NCBI GenBank assembly: GCA_036785375.1
Contig: JAWMAR010000182.1
Coordinates: forward strand, 620,001-684,000
Direction: 5' to 3'
Origin: Leucoraja ocellata
Taxonomy: Eukaryota
Length of the DNA: 64,000 nucleotides
The notes beneath the pieces were generated by a model that saw only the letters and a list, made by a program, of their open reading frames with translations, was not told the DNA's origin and searched no databases. The position numbers and the translations under genes were made by a program. This document shows, piece after piece, positions 50,364 to 62,900 of the stretch. How positions within the stretch are numbered: the stretch's first letter is position 1; every line of letters begins with the position of its first letter.

Positions 50364-52768
50364 TAGGGATTAATCTGTCCAATGGAATTTACGAGGAATG
50401 AAAAGATATGCCTCGCACAACTAGATTATACAATAAAATGTAGTAAAAGCTATATTGAAAATGTACTTGTTGAGTTGTATTTGTGGGTTGTTTATCCAAG
50501 CAGTGCCAATGGAATTGGATAGATCTTTTTAAGTAGCAGTGATGTACTGCAACCAATCTTACAAAGAGAAGCTAAAGAAATATAGATTTTTCATATAAAG
50601 CAAGTCAATGAAGTTGAAATGTAGAATACATTAGATATTTTTGTGGGGCTTCTTGCCTATTGCAAAGACAAACTATAAATATGTTTGTAAGTAAATCTGA
50701 TCAGTGGATGTGCCTGTTTAAAGTGCATTATTTATTGTATGATTTGACAGAGGACATATTAGTCACCCTCTGCATTCCCTAATTTGAACATATATCAGGA
50801 TAAATTATTAAAACAGGACAATGCTAAGTCGTTGATCATAGTTATTAGAAAAAAACATGAGAAATTAACATGTTATTCACACTAAATTTGCAGAAGTTTG
50901 ACCCATAACAGGAGCAACTTAATCGGTCTCAAACCAAGCTTGCTGCCAAACAAAAACATCACATCAGCTATTCCCATGCCCATAGGTATTGCTGACAGAG
51001 CTCATCTCCAAGCTGTAAAAGGCAAGCTACTTTTTTTTTAAAAGCAAAGCAACGTGCAAAGTTGGTTGGAGGCTGTGATCCCTACACTGTAGAAACTTAT
51101 AGAGCTGAACATAGGAAAGTGACATTGAGCAGCAACACCCTTCTCAAATATAGAACAATGACACGAGGAAAAAAATTGTGAATAGGAGGCAAAGACAGAA
51201 AACTAATTGAATTACTGGCATCGGCACTGCCAAAAACGTACTCGGGTAATTACACAAATCTTTCTGAGAAACTTGCCGACAGAAACCTATAAAATGTTCT
51301 GCAAATCTGATTAACATATCCTGTTAAGTGCAAAGAGCATAAAACTCAGATCCTGGAAATATATAGGGCCACATTGAATGCTGGTACCAGCAGAAAATGG
51401 TAATAATGAGCATCAGTGATTAAATATGTGCTTGGGTGTGGTATTTTAACTTCTCTTTATGAGTATCAAATGTAAAATAATACTTCCAGCATCTTCATGG
51501 GAACTGGTATTTTCTGAGCTGTCACCCACAGGGGAGGTACTCTACTAAAGTGATGCTTAAAGTGAGAATCAGAATTTAGTTAATGAGCAATAGAGAGTCA
51601 CAGCAAAAACAATTGCTTATAAAAGTGGGGTGCTCGATCATTTATACTCAACATTAGCGATACACTGTCACAATGTTTGTGCATATTTCTAGGAAAGTTC
51701 ATCTCATTTGGAGGATTGACGGTAAACCATCAAAGGCCCAACCTCGGAGAATGAATGCTTCAGTATTAATTGGCTTAGGCAAAGGTGGAGGCTGGTAATA
51801 ATGCTGAAGTGGAGAAAGGAATCACTGCAATGGAAACCATATGGTCAACCAGGATACCAAGATTAGAACATCTGAGTTGGCTTGCCAAGGAGTAGAATCA
51901 AAATAAATGGAGAGTTTATGGCAGAGACCAAATACAAAATACCTGTTCTTTCATATGTTTAACTACATTAACCTATAACTCTTTCAACACTGCACAAGGA
52001 TAAGCGATGCCTTGGAATCATAGTACAAAGATATGGTGTATCATTTTAATGCTGTGGATGTAATGAAAATGAAATGAGAATAATCTTTATTAGCAAGGCT
52101 ATGACCAAAGGTACATTATTTTTCTCTTTAATTCTTTCTGCATCTTAAAAACATATCAAATAGGAATCGACCATTAATTCCATTAAGCCTGCTTACCATC
52201 TACCCCAACCTCATCTTCCTATAAATATGTATTTTCAAACTGTATTCAGACTCTCACTTTCACTCAGAGGGACTGTAACTAAAACTCCTGGGATAATACA
52301 TACTTTATAATATAATCATTACAATAACAAATCTAGTTCTGAAGGTGATGACTGGATTACACCACACAGTTTTTATATCTCACCCTAATGTCTATTCATT
52401 GTTTTAGCTTTGAAGATGAACAATAAGAGGTTATCCATTCTGACACATACCTCAATCTACCCTCATTTTGTAAACTGCCTGTTAATGCATCTACTAAGAT
52501 AGTTATCAGCAAGGAATGATGCAAATATTCTTCCTGGGGCTTCTAATGAAACTACCATAATATATGTTCAGTGCAAACTAATATTAGAGGGTTAATGTCA
52601 AATTTGTTATATTAACAGCAGTACAGCTTTTGGTAAAAATATTATTTTCCAGACAAAATTACTTCTGCGTATGGTGGACACATCAAGTGGCCTAGAAATA
52701 CTAAAGCAATCAAAACCACTTGTGGTCCAATTACAACCCTAGGAGACTAAGAATTAGCATGAAGAAAT

Positions 52769-52855
52769 TCAGTACGTTTGAACAAGATTGGTCTCAGGTT
52801 GCAGAACCAGCATGTTAAGAAAACCCCTGGAGAGCAACATAATAGAATGAAACAC
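52769..52855 (-). other. Candidate alternative exon
   Basis: Acceptor TTTCCATCTTTTGTTTTTGGAATTTAG| about 130 nt past the 52986 donor; reads VFHSIMLLSRGFLNMLVLQPETNLVQTY* (phase 0) or GVSFYYVALQGFS* (phase 1). Confidence 0.2.
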
Positions 52856-52985
52856 CTAAATTCCAAAAACAAAAGATGGAAAATGCAAATGCAGCAGGAT
52901 GGTCGAGTGACAATGAGCAGGCAAGCCACAAACAACTAATACTATTTTATTATTTATTTGAAGTACAAATGTATTCAACACTTAC

Positions 52986-53106
52986 CATAAGTGAAACCTT
53001 CTGGCAACTGGATATAATGGTTAGTAATCCAATTACAACATACCAGAATGTGGAAAATCGATTGCACAGGAACACTAAACCAATGATATATCGCCATAAT
53101 GACAAA
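52986..53106 (-). CDS. Candidate internal coding exon (121 nt, hydrophobic), gene unidentified
   Basis: Acceptor TTATTTTCCTGTTATAG| and donor ATG|GTAAGT. Two open frames: FVIMAIYHWFSVPVQSIFHILVCCNWITNHYIQLPEGFTY (0 to 1) and LSLWRYIIGLVFLCNRFSTFWYVVIGLLTIISSCQKVSLM (2 to 0). Confidence 0.4.
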
Positions 53107-53934
53107 CTATAACAGGAAAATAATCTTTCAGAAACTACTACTTAACACCCTATGCTCACTTCTAGGCTCAAATAGCCAAAATAGTTTGACGTTACGAAAT
53201 ATTGTACAAAAAATGTTATGGAGTAAATGCAAATTAAAGGAGGGATTGTAGAACACTCGTCATTTGACCCTTTTATAGACAAAAGCCATGCACCATACAT
53301 ATGGAACGGCAGTGATTGCATTGATATTCTCCTATTGTTTCTCAAGGGCAACGTATAAACAGGAAATATGTTTTGCAGCTAATAACAGAACAAAAATATG
53401 TTTTATGGCTTCATTCTTTATCCTGAGCTCAATGGACAAAACCTGTACTGGTTAAACAGATGAAAATAAAAAGGATTGCAAATGTGGAAATTTTCTGTAT
53501 CTGTCAGAAGAGCTCTTTATTCCACAGCTAGCAATATCCTGGGGGGACAGTGTGTAGAGGACTGTATGCTAGCAACAGCTCATTGGTTTAGATTTAGCTC
53601 TTCATATTTGGTACAAAAAATGACAGCAATTTCTTGATTTCAGAAAATGCATTGTACCACATAAAAGCAGGGATGTATTTTCTTGCGATTCAGCAAGATT
53701 CTCCAGGCTACATTCTGTACCTTTATCCACTGCAATCAAGGGAAATTAGTGAACTGACCAAGAAATAAAAAACATTTATGAAATAAATTTGCTATCAAAT
53801 ATCCTAAAAACCTGCGTTGTTTAAGATGTTACCGAGATGTTAACGCTATACCAAACCGTAATTAAAGATTAGCAAACTTCTTAATCAATCAAGTAACTTC
53901 ATTTATACAAGTTGCAATTATAATACAAAACACA

Positions 53935-54420
53935 TCAGCCCACCCTGTTAACGACCATCAAGTATCCATCTGCACCAATCCTATTTAACAGAACCTGGGT
54001 CCATAACCTTTGGATGCCTTGATGATTCAATCACACGCCTAGATATTTATGAAATATTGTTAAAGGCTCTGCCTTCATAATGTTGTCAGGCAGTACATTC
54101 CAAACTCCACCCAGCCCCCAGATGAAAAATTCTTCCTTTTATTCCCTTAAAATAAACTCAAGTCCATTCAGTCTCTCCTCATGCCTGAGAAACTCCATCC
54201 CAGGCAACATCTAGTGAATCTGCATTGCACCTTCAAGACAATCACATCCTTTCCGTGACAACACAAAACTACGCACAATATTTCAGCTATGGCTTCATCA
54301 GTGTTTATTTTAAAGCTGTGCCGTAATAATTTGTATTTTATGTCCCAGCTAAGAAAAGTTTGCTTCCCGTATGTCCTCTTAACCACCCAATATATTTGTT
54401 CTGCAACTTCCAGGGATCAC
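53935..54420 (-). mobile_element. Decayed CR1 3' fragment
   Basis: GGCAGTACATTCCAAACTCC, CCAGGCAACATCTAGTGAATCT, TGTTCTGCAACTTCCAGGGATC: antisense CR1. Confidence 0.7.
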
Positions 54421-54682
54421 ACAAATATTTTAAAACGTTTTTAAAAACACCAATTCAAATTTTGATTGTGAAATACTCAACTGAAGCACAAAATGTACTA
54501 GATACACAGCTGGATTTGATTTTAAGTAAGATTATTTGTGGTATTTCAGTTACAATCTTATTAATGTTTATGCTTCCAGTAATCAATCAGCATTCTGTAA
54601 AATCCGAGGATCATGCTCTGCACATTTGATACTTTGATCACAAGCCGATGGCAGGGTGGTTCAAATTAAAATGAGATATCAA

Positions 54683-54852
54683 TAGACAACAGACAATAGG
54701 TGCAGGAGCAGGCCATTTGGCCCTTCGAGCTAGCACCACCATTCAATGTGATCATGGCTGATCATTCCCAATCAGTACCCCATTCCTGTCTTCTCCCCAT
54801 ATCCCCTGACTCCGCTATTTTTAAGAGCCCTGTCTAGCTCCCTCTTGAAATA
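54683..54852 (-). mobile_element. Young CR1 3' end
   Basis: Reverse complement of the 43860-44020 tail, near-identical. Confidence 0.9.
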
Positions 54853-55494
54853 TCCATTTGGAGAAAACACCATATTTTATTTCTAGTGGTAAAGGATCTA
54901 AAGTGTTTCTAGGACATGCTGTCCTTTAGTTGAGAACCTAGATTGCTTTTCCTTTTCCATTTAATTATAACATTTTAAAATGTTTTTTGTCCACCTGGCA
55001 TTGTAACTTTTATTTATGTTATTATTTGTATAACTTAACTTTCCCCATTATTTGCTAGCTAATCTCCTCCAACAACCTGACTAACATTTTAAGTACCTGA
55101 GATATTTTCCACAGTAAAGTTGCAACATAAATGCAAGTTCTGCATAAATGTTGAGCCACATTTATGAATATAAATAGAAATACGAATCAAATACAAAAGA
55201 ACTGGCTTGCAATCAGTCAATTTCATCAACTTTCAATCTACAGGTAGTTTTATGATTATGCAATGTTATATTCCTAAGAAATGTAATTTTATGAAAAAAC
55301 GTTTTTTAAAAAGAAAAATGGGTCAGGGGCTAGAGTTTCAGACTTGCAATTACAAAATCATTATCCCTGTAGATTAAAAAAAAGTTTAAAAAAAAAATCT
55401 ATGAAGTTATTTTTTATCAGTGAATAATGTTAGAAGCATTTGAAACTCAGAAATATAAAATAAATTTATTATTGGATTTCATATTTTTGCTCTT

Positions 55495-55822
55495 ATTTCA
55501 CTCCCGCCGCCAGGAAGCCGATATAGGAGTCTGAAAACTGTGACATCCAGATTTGGGAACAGTTTCTTCCTAATAACCATATTGAACACTACAAAGTACA
55601 ACTAAACTTAGAGCTACAAACTGTTTTGGTTGCCCTAGGAACTTCAGACATTGTTATGTTTTACATATTTGTATTTTTTTTAAATTATTTGTGATTGTTA
55701 TTTGTTATTTTTTCCTTTATTATGTTATTTATTGAGTACTGTGTTTATAAATCTATCGTGCTGCTGCAATTAAGAATTTCAAAGTTCAATTTCGGTACAT
55801 TTCACAATTAAACACTCTTGAC
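55495..55822 (+). mobile_element. Rex1/Babar-type LINE 3' end
   Basis: ...YRSLKTVTSRFGNSFF C-terminal motif and tail GCTGCTGCAATTAAGAATTTCA...ACAATTAAACACTCTTGAC. Confidence 0.65.
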
Positions 55823-55895
55823 GTTTGGCAAACTCAAACTGAATGCTCGAATGAGAATTAGATGCAACACAATTGATGAATAGGGTACACTATTA

Positions 55896-55990
55896 CATCA
55901 GTCTGAAGAAGGATCTTGACACGAAACATCACCCGTTCCTTCCTCCAGTGATGCTGCCTCTCCTGCTGAGATACTCCAGCATTTTGTGTC
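55896..55990 (+). mobile_element. Penelope-type hammerhead repeat with 10-bp TSD
   Basis: CAGTCTGAAGAAGGATCTTGACACGAAACATCACC...; TACACTATTA at 55886-55895 and 55991-56000. Confidence 0.85.
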
Positions 55991-56029
55991 TACACTATTA
56001 TATTACACAGGTCGAATTGGTTATATGCC

Positions 56030-56735
56030 AGGGGCCGTCGACAATGGCTGCCTAGCCAACTGTCTTTTCTTTCTGTTTTGTTATTTTAAGTACGTGTTAA
56101 AAGTATGTTTTAGTGTTTCTTGGTTTGTTTTGTGAGGGGTGGGGGGTTTGGGGGAAACCTTTTTCAATGTCTTCTATGTCATATCTCCGTCCCCCATTGC
56201 GGCCTAAGATCGCGGAGCGGCGCAGCCTTTCCTGGAGACCCACCAGCTCTTCATCGCAGGCGTGACGTGGACTTCCCATCGTGGAGCTGTGATCCCCTTG
56301 CTCGGGATCGACTGTGAAGAGCTCCAACAGCGGCCCTGTGGACTTTAACATCTTGGAGCCCTGTTTCAACATCGCGGTCCCTGGTTAGAGTCGGGGCTCT
56401 AAGCTGTGATGAGTTTCAACCGTCCCGACGAGGGAGTTCCATCACCCCGATGCGAGAGCCTCAGATCGCTGGTTGCGGGAGCTTTGATGGCCCCGACCAC
56501 GGCTGGTTCAACAGCCCCGACGGCGGAGAAGAAAGAGGGAGAGATTGGACTTTATTGCCTTCCATCACAGTGAGGAATGTGGGGAGCCGCTGTGGTGGGT
56601 GTTTATGTTAAATTTTATTTTATGTGGTTGTGTGTCTTACTGCCTTTCAGTTGGTGTGGCCATACGGTAACTCGAATTTCACTGCACTTATGGTACATGT
56701 GACAATAAACCCATCTTGAATCTCTTGAATCTTAT
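56030..56735 (+). mobile_element. GC-rich non-autonomous retroposon, diverged relative of 13699-14579
   Basis: GC head, T-rich tract, G-tract plus GGGAAACCTTTTT, CpG-rich body, GCCTTCCATCACAG, then TGACAATAAA and a (CTTGAAT)n tail. Confidence 0.7.
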
Positions 56736-58394
56736 ACTGTGATTTTGATTGGGAACTAGAGAACCATTTGAACATCACGTTGTAAATTGGCTAGCAGAAA
56801 AAAAGCTGGCCTGGAAAAACAAAGTTTCCATGTAACTTCCACACAGTAATCTGCGTAATAGCAGACAACCTGTACTTTCATGTCGAGATTTTGGGCATGT
56901 GAATCCATTAACTTAATTTCGAATGTACTAGCATATTCTAAGTGCTAATTCTCCTTTTGTACACAGTTACAGATTATGCTGAGCCTTTATTACCATCATT
57001 CAATCCCAGTCTAAGAATATTTCTTTCAGTGCAGCTATACTTTGCTGAAGTATGTAATCCATTATCTATTAGTCCATTATTTTTCTAACCACTTTCATTT
57101 GACAAGTACTGCTATAATTCATATTAAACATGTTTTCCAAAGATTTTAAAGCTATAGCACAAATGAAGTTCTCGAAGACTACAAATGAGAAAAAATTAAA
57201 ATAGTTTGATTTTAAAATGAAAATCTTGTGATTTTTTAATTGAATCTTTTTATTACAAAATAATTTATTCAGCTTTAGAAACTCAGAAATACAAGATAAA
57301 CATTATTGGCACAAACCCCAAATTGACTGCTTGATCAACCACTAGCCAAACAAGTCACATGACAGATTTTTCTTTAAATCAAGATCTATGTTTGGAACAA
57401 GTATTATAAAATGTAGGGAAATTGCCGATCTAATGATTCAATACATTGCAGATATAGTTCGGAAACAAAACAAAATGATGAAATCTCAATTACATTTTGT
57501 TTCTGACAATAAGCTTATCTAAGCAAAAACAAAGCACACTACAATGAAGTGACCTTTGAAAAATGAATGAAATAAGGTTGTGATTTTAAAGCCAAAGTTC
57601 AAATCATTTGTTTAAGCTGAATATCAACATTACCAATTCAGTATAGGGAAACCTTCAGTTATTATATGGACATGTAATTATGTTCCAACATAATACAAGC
57701 ACTGCTTCGAAAGCTTGGTTTTCACAAAACTGAAAGTAACCACTTCCATCGGGAAATATAACAGTTTAAGATTTTTCTGTTTGTGTAAAAATCTTTATGA
57801 GATGAACAATTGTAGATACAAGAGCCAATTCATGCTGCACAGTGAATTCATTAAAAAAAATGTTCCTCAACATGAATTCAACTCTTAATAACAAATGGTG
57901 AGACTGTTTGCATTCATGTAATCAGAGACATTTAAAAGCTATTGAAATTGCTGTAAAAAAAATCACATTAATTCATATATTAGACAAGAAATAATTAACA
58001 TAAATGAATTAAAGTAAAATAACTATGGAATAAGTAATTGAATTCACTTGCCTCTGCTCCTAACTTACAGGTTTGGAATCTCATTTGGAATGAAAGGATT
58101 TTTGATCCTTTATCAGATCTGGCTTCCGTAGGCAATGAAATGCTGGATTCACTGCATGATTGGGCTCACCAGCGGACTCCACATGGAGGCTGAATCAGCA
58201 AGCCATAGCTAGCAAGGATGAAGGCATTCAGTAGCTCCCACATATACGTTTCACAGATGAACATCCACTCACCTTATGCCCAGGATATGTCAAATGATAG
58301 GTGCTGGCATATGTATGGGCTTACTTTCAGTCAGGTGATCTTACTAAAAGACATAGGATCACTTGGGGGCACCAAGGGAAACAGGTCGGTATGT

Positions 58395-58640
58395 TTCCAC
58401 TTGACAATCTTGAATGAGGTGACATTGTTATAGGATTAGGGGACAGTAATTTAAAGCTAAGATATAGAGGAATGTTTCCTCGTGGAGTATGGTGAATCTC
58501 TGGATGTGTAGAGGCTGATTAGGTAACAGAGAAAAAAAAAGAGAAGAGGAGACAAGGCTTGGGGAATCCAGCCATGACCATATTGAATGGTGAGCTCAGG
58601 GGTTCAGTAGCCGACACCAAGTCCTATTTTCTTATATACT
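58395..58640 (+). mobile_element. Old CR1 3' end
   Basis: TATGGTGAATCTCTGG...CAGCCATGACCATATTGAATGG...TCCTATTTTCTTAT. Confidence 0.6.
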
Positions 58641-59356
58641 CCATATCTCCAGCTAAAGAATGAGGTGGCTATATAATATGCAAGTTATTACTTCTAATTT
58701 ATTAGAAGGCTAGATTTGACACAATCGAGTCGGCTCATGAATAACAGATTTGTGCTTTCCCAAGTATCAAAAATCCCTTATTGTACATCCAAGCACACAC
58801 CAGAAAAGATCTCACAATTCACCATCCATCAAGTTTCACAGATTAAATTAAATTTTCATTGAATATTTAGACTGCACTGAACATGAATGTATCAATGTAA
58901 TAAAATAAATCAGACTGGCTATTGTGAAAGACTGCTTATTATAGATATTGACTTTGAACTTTTGTTCCCTGGAATGATGGAGAAAGGAGCTTTCTTTTAC
59001 ATAAAGTATGGAGTCAGGGCAGTAAAGGCCAAAGTAACTTGTTTGGGGATACAGTTCATGTGGATTTAATGAGCCAAATAACCATTTGACAGGTCACCAG
59101 CCTCAAAAATAGCTCTGCTTCTCACTCCATGGATGCTGCATAACCCACTGTGTTTCTAGCATTGTATGTTTTCTCAGTAGTCACGTTTGTTTTACAGAGA
59201 GTGCCATTTTCAGAGAATGTTTGTGATATAATTTATCATTCCGTAGTATTTCTAAGACAAGAATTGTATAACCTGGTGTACAAAACTTTTGAAATACCTA
59301 CTTACACTTAGCAATAAATATATTAACATGAAGATGACAGGAGATAAATCCAAAGT

Positions 59357-59638
59357 GGGACTGCACGGTGTTGCAGTGGTAGAGTTGATGTCTTACAGCG
59401 CCAGAGACCCAGGTTCGATTCTGACTACGGGTGGTGAATGTACAGAATTTGTATGTTCTCCCTGTGACCGTGTGGGTTTTCTCTGGGTTCCTCCCATATC
59501 CCAAAGACGTGCAGGATTGTACGCAGGATTAACTGGCTTCTGTAAATTGTCCCTTGTGTGGGATAGTGCTAGTGTATGGGTGATCAATGCTTGGCGAGAA
59601 CACGGGGTTCCGAAGGGTCTGTTTCCATCTCGAAACTA
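59357..59638 (+). mobile_element. tRNA-derived V-SINE (HE1-like)
   Basis: GCACGGTGTTGCAGTGGTAGAG...GGTTCGATTCTGAC, V-domain, tail CGAAGGGTCTGTTTCC. Confidence 0.85.
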
Positions 59639-59858
59639 CATTTTCATCTATTTAGAATACATAAAAGGTGAAACATAAAACATAAAAGGAAATAAGTAAA
59701 AGATGGACAGAACTGACCATCAAACAAGTATTCACAAGAGCAGATTTACAAATAAAAAAAATCTTATAGATTTCATGTTTAAATAAAATTATGTAAAAGA
59801 ATGTAGCTGGATATTTGTTCAGAAGACAATGCAATATTAATATCAACCAAAATGTTTC

Positions 59859-59951
59859 TAATCAAATGGAAATAATTATTATTATAACAATTATAATTAT
59901 TATTATAACAATTATAATTATTATAACAATATTTTTAATCAAATGGAAATA
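59859..59951. repeat. (ATT)n/ATAACA compound repeat flanked by 16-bp direct repeats
   Basis: TAATCAAATGGAAATA at 59859-59874 and 59936-59951. Confidence 0.85.
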
Positions 59952-62900
59952 TTTCAATGCAGAGCCAAAATTTGGTCCCAAATTAATCACAAGATGAAAT
60001 GTACTATATTTGTTCCACCCCTCCAATTTCAGATTGTATTCATATTCCATGTTAGATAAAAGAGCCTAAAGATCTTAAAGATTTCTTTACCACCTCTTTC
60101 AACAAATATTGCACATTTGCTTGTATGATATCACAAACAATTTGATCCCAAGCAACCTTATTTTCTAGCAGATCTAGAGAAGATCAAATAAATTATTGGG
60201 AAATCATTGATCTGAATAAAGCAAGCAAACCATCCCAAATAAAAGCTTAGCTCAAACTCCAGTGACAGAAACAAAAACATGGAAATTCAATATTAGGTAG
60301 GAACCTACACATTAGAAATTTAAAAAAATATTCTAAAGTGGGTGTTGCCGTTAACAAAAATAATTATCAAAAGATCTAAATGATTACATATGCTGGAGAC
60401 TTAAAATAATATTTAAGTCCCGGAGTTATGCAATACAGCACCAGGTACTTCAGTACACCAGTCCCACATTGGTATAAGGCACCCATCTACACTAATTTTA
60501 TGTCATTCCTTTTAGATTCCCACCAACCTCCATCCCCCATCCCCATCCCCACCACTCCTTTCTGATTCTTAGGGAATGAATCACTCAGAGCAATTTACAG
60601 TATCTCAATAACCTTCAGGCATGTATGAGGAAATCAACGTGGTCACAAGGACAGTAACCAAGTCAAGGATTAAACCAGTCTCTGGAGTCATTATGCTGAA
60701 TCACTAACTGGTGTATCAACAAACAATTGCAGAATCAATACCAGCTGATCTTGATACCGGGTTTTGGAAATTATCTAAAAAGCAAAAGAATATGCACAGA
60801 AATAGATGGGTGTGGTACAGTTGGGATCATTCAGGGATAAATAAGATGGAATCCTACTTTAAAAAACTGCTTCTAATCAAATAAATCTGAAAAGGTACTC
60901 TAAATATGTTAAAATTAGTTCCAAAGCATTGCAAAAAATAATGCATAAACAGATTCATGCTTAAACTATATTATGCACTTTAGAATATTTTTCAATTTTA
61001 AAGGTGTTACATAGTTGGCAGTTAACTGTAAAAAAACTCTTATTGTTTGACTTATAAAATGTCATGCAATTTATCCTTAACCCATGTGGCTGCATTCTCT
61101 ATCAGACCCGTTGAACTATTCAAGTTATATTTACAAAACTACAGAATAATTAATCTGAATGCTTAGAAATACTGCATCTTCCCCTTCATTTAACATTGAA
61201 ATCATAGTAAAGAACCATACTGTTCCTGAATAAATGTAAATCATAAATAAGTTATTGTTATAATTTTACCATTTAAAATTGCTCCTGCTTATAAAGTGAG
61301 TAAAAACATTAAACTGGTTCATGTTTCACAATATTTCAGATTACATGGCTGTAACTAAAAAGCAATTGAAACCCCGCGGGCAACACATTTTATTTTCTCC
61401 GTTTGGGGCCTCATCAAATCTTGCTGTTAATACAGTTCTCCAGATGAAAGAAATACACATCATCAGATCAACAGTGCATCAGATTTGCTGTTGGCAAAAT
61501 AACCTAGTGAGAACTCATTTCTCCCTGGTCAGGGTACTGTGAATTGCAATATACTAATAAGCAAGGAACAGAGCTTCATTTTCTTTCCAGGTGAAAACAC
61601 CAAGGGAGCAAGAAAGGTGCAAAAATTTACACCTTCTCCAGTTTAAAATTAATTTTGAGAATAAAATAATTGTCCTAAATGTGATGCTATAAGCAGCTAT
61701 GGTATGGATGCTATGTTATATTAGCAACTGTAACTTAAAGAATTAAAAAATTATTTTTGGCCACAAAGCTTTATACCAGTTCTGAATAATAGCACGTATG
61801 AATCATCAATTTATGTCAAAAATACAGAATTAATCTAGCTTTGTAATGTCTCATACAATTCCTCCATTTTAGTCGTCATGTTTTTGGTAATAAAATATTA
61901 TTTTGTAAAGAAAATAATCCTAAAGCTGTAGAACTGCACTGAATGATAAAGTCAATGTCATGCATGACACACATGGAAATCTCAAAGCAGGTAGACACAA
62001 GGCAGGCCATGTGACGGCAATAAGCTCATCCTTTCTTGCATTACTATACATATTAACCAGAGGCTATTTAATATTCACTTGCAAATATTTCAGATGACTA
62101 AATGGCAACACTGTCTATGCTAATGCAATATTTGAATATATGTCTATAAATAACTGGAAGTCGCCGCAGTACCGTATCACTGCTATTTGCCATGACAATC
62201 ACGCTCACTTCTAGCACTTATCAGGCAGGTTTATCACTTGCACTGCAACACTGGAAAGTAACGATGAATAAAATCTGAACAATTTGCCTGGGGAACACAC
62301 ATCAAAAAGAATTTTTGTTCTGGCAATAAATAGCTACTACTAAATCATTTTTGAAGGAACTAAGAAAAAAGTTGTATATTCTCACAACCGTCTGATTGTA
62401 GGGCTGCCACAGGGGCTAAAATCTTTGGACTCTAGTACAAACTAAAACACTGAATTGAGTAAGATTAGGCTCCCTCACTCACACACATTTATCTGGGTTG
62501 GATGCAAAGGATTGAACAAGATGGACCCCACCCCCACGTAACCCCCTTCCCCCACCCGCCCCACACACTGGAAGATGTCCACTGAAAGTAGGCCTTAACT
62601 GGCACATCGTCAAAGAACCACCAATAAACTTCCTTGACAACCTTTACAAAAAGGCAAGGCTGCTTTCTGACTAAGTCTTAGTGCCTCTGTAATAACATAA
62701 CATTTTGAATCATTTCAAAAAGGTTGCTTTAATAACTAATAAATCAAAAATGTTAAATACTAATTAAAATATTAAACCATTGATTATTAAAATTTTAAGA
62801 GTGGAACCTTGTGCAATACTGGTAAAAAAAGCTGTGGTAAATCACAAATGATCTAATTTTAGTTTTTTTTAATCCAATACGATTTTCATTCAGAAAAATG

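Noticed and set aside
49908-50373. Mirror-image ORFs on both strands
   Set aside because: Artefact of the MITE inverted repeats.
53142-53351. ORF as an upstream exon of 52986-53106
   Set aside because: Its only good donor would leave a ~53-nt intron, too short for a typical vertebrate intron.
58070-58208. Minus-strand exon candidate with GTAAGT donor
   Set aside because: Weak exon-side donor context, stops in all frames, adjacent to decayed repeat; similar weak candidates near 63000-63236 and 63849-63922 were also not accepted.
59815-60050. Poly-Ile transmembrane-like ORFs
   Set aside because: Translation of the (ATT)n repeat.
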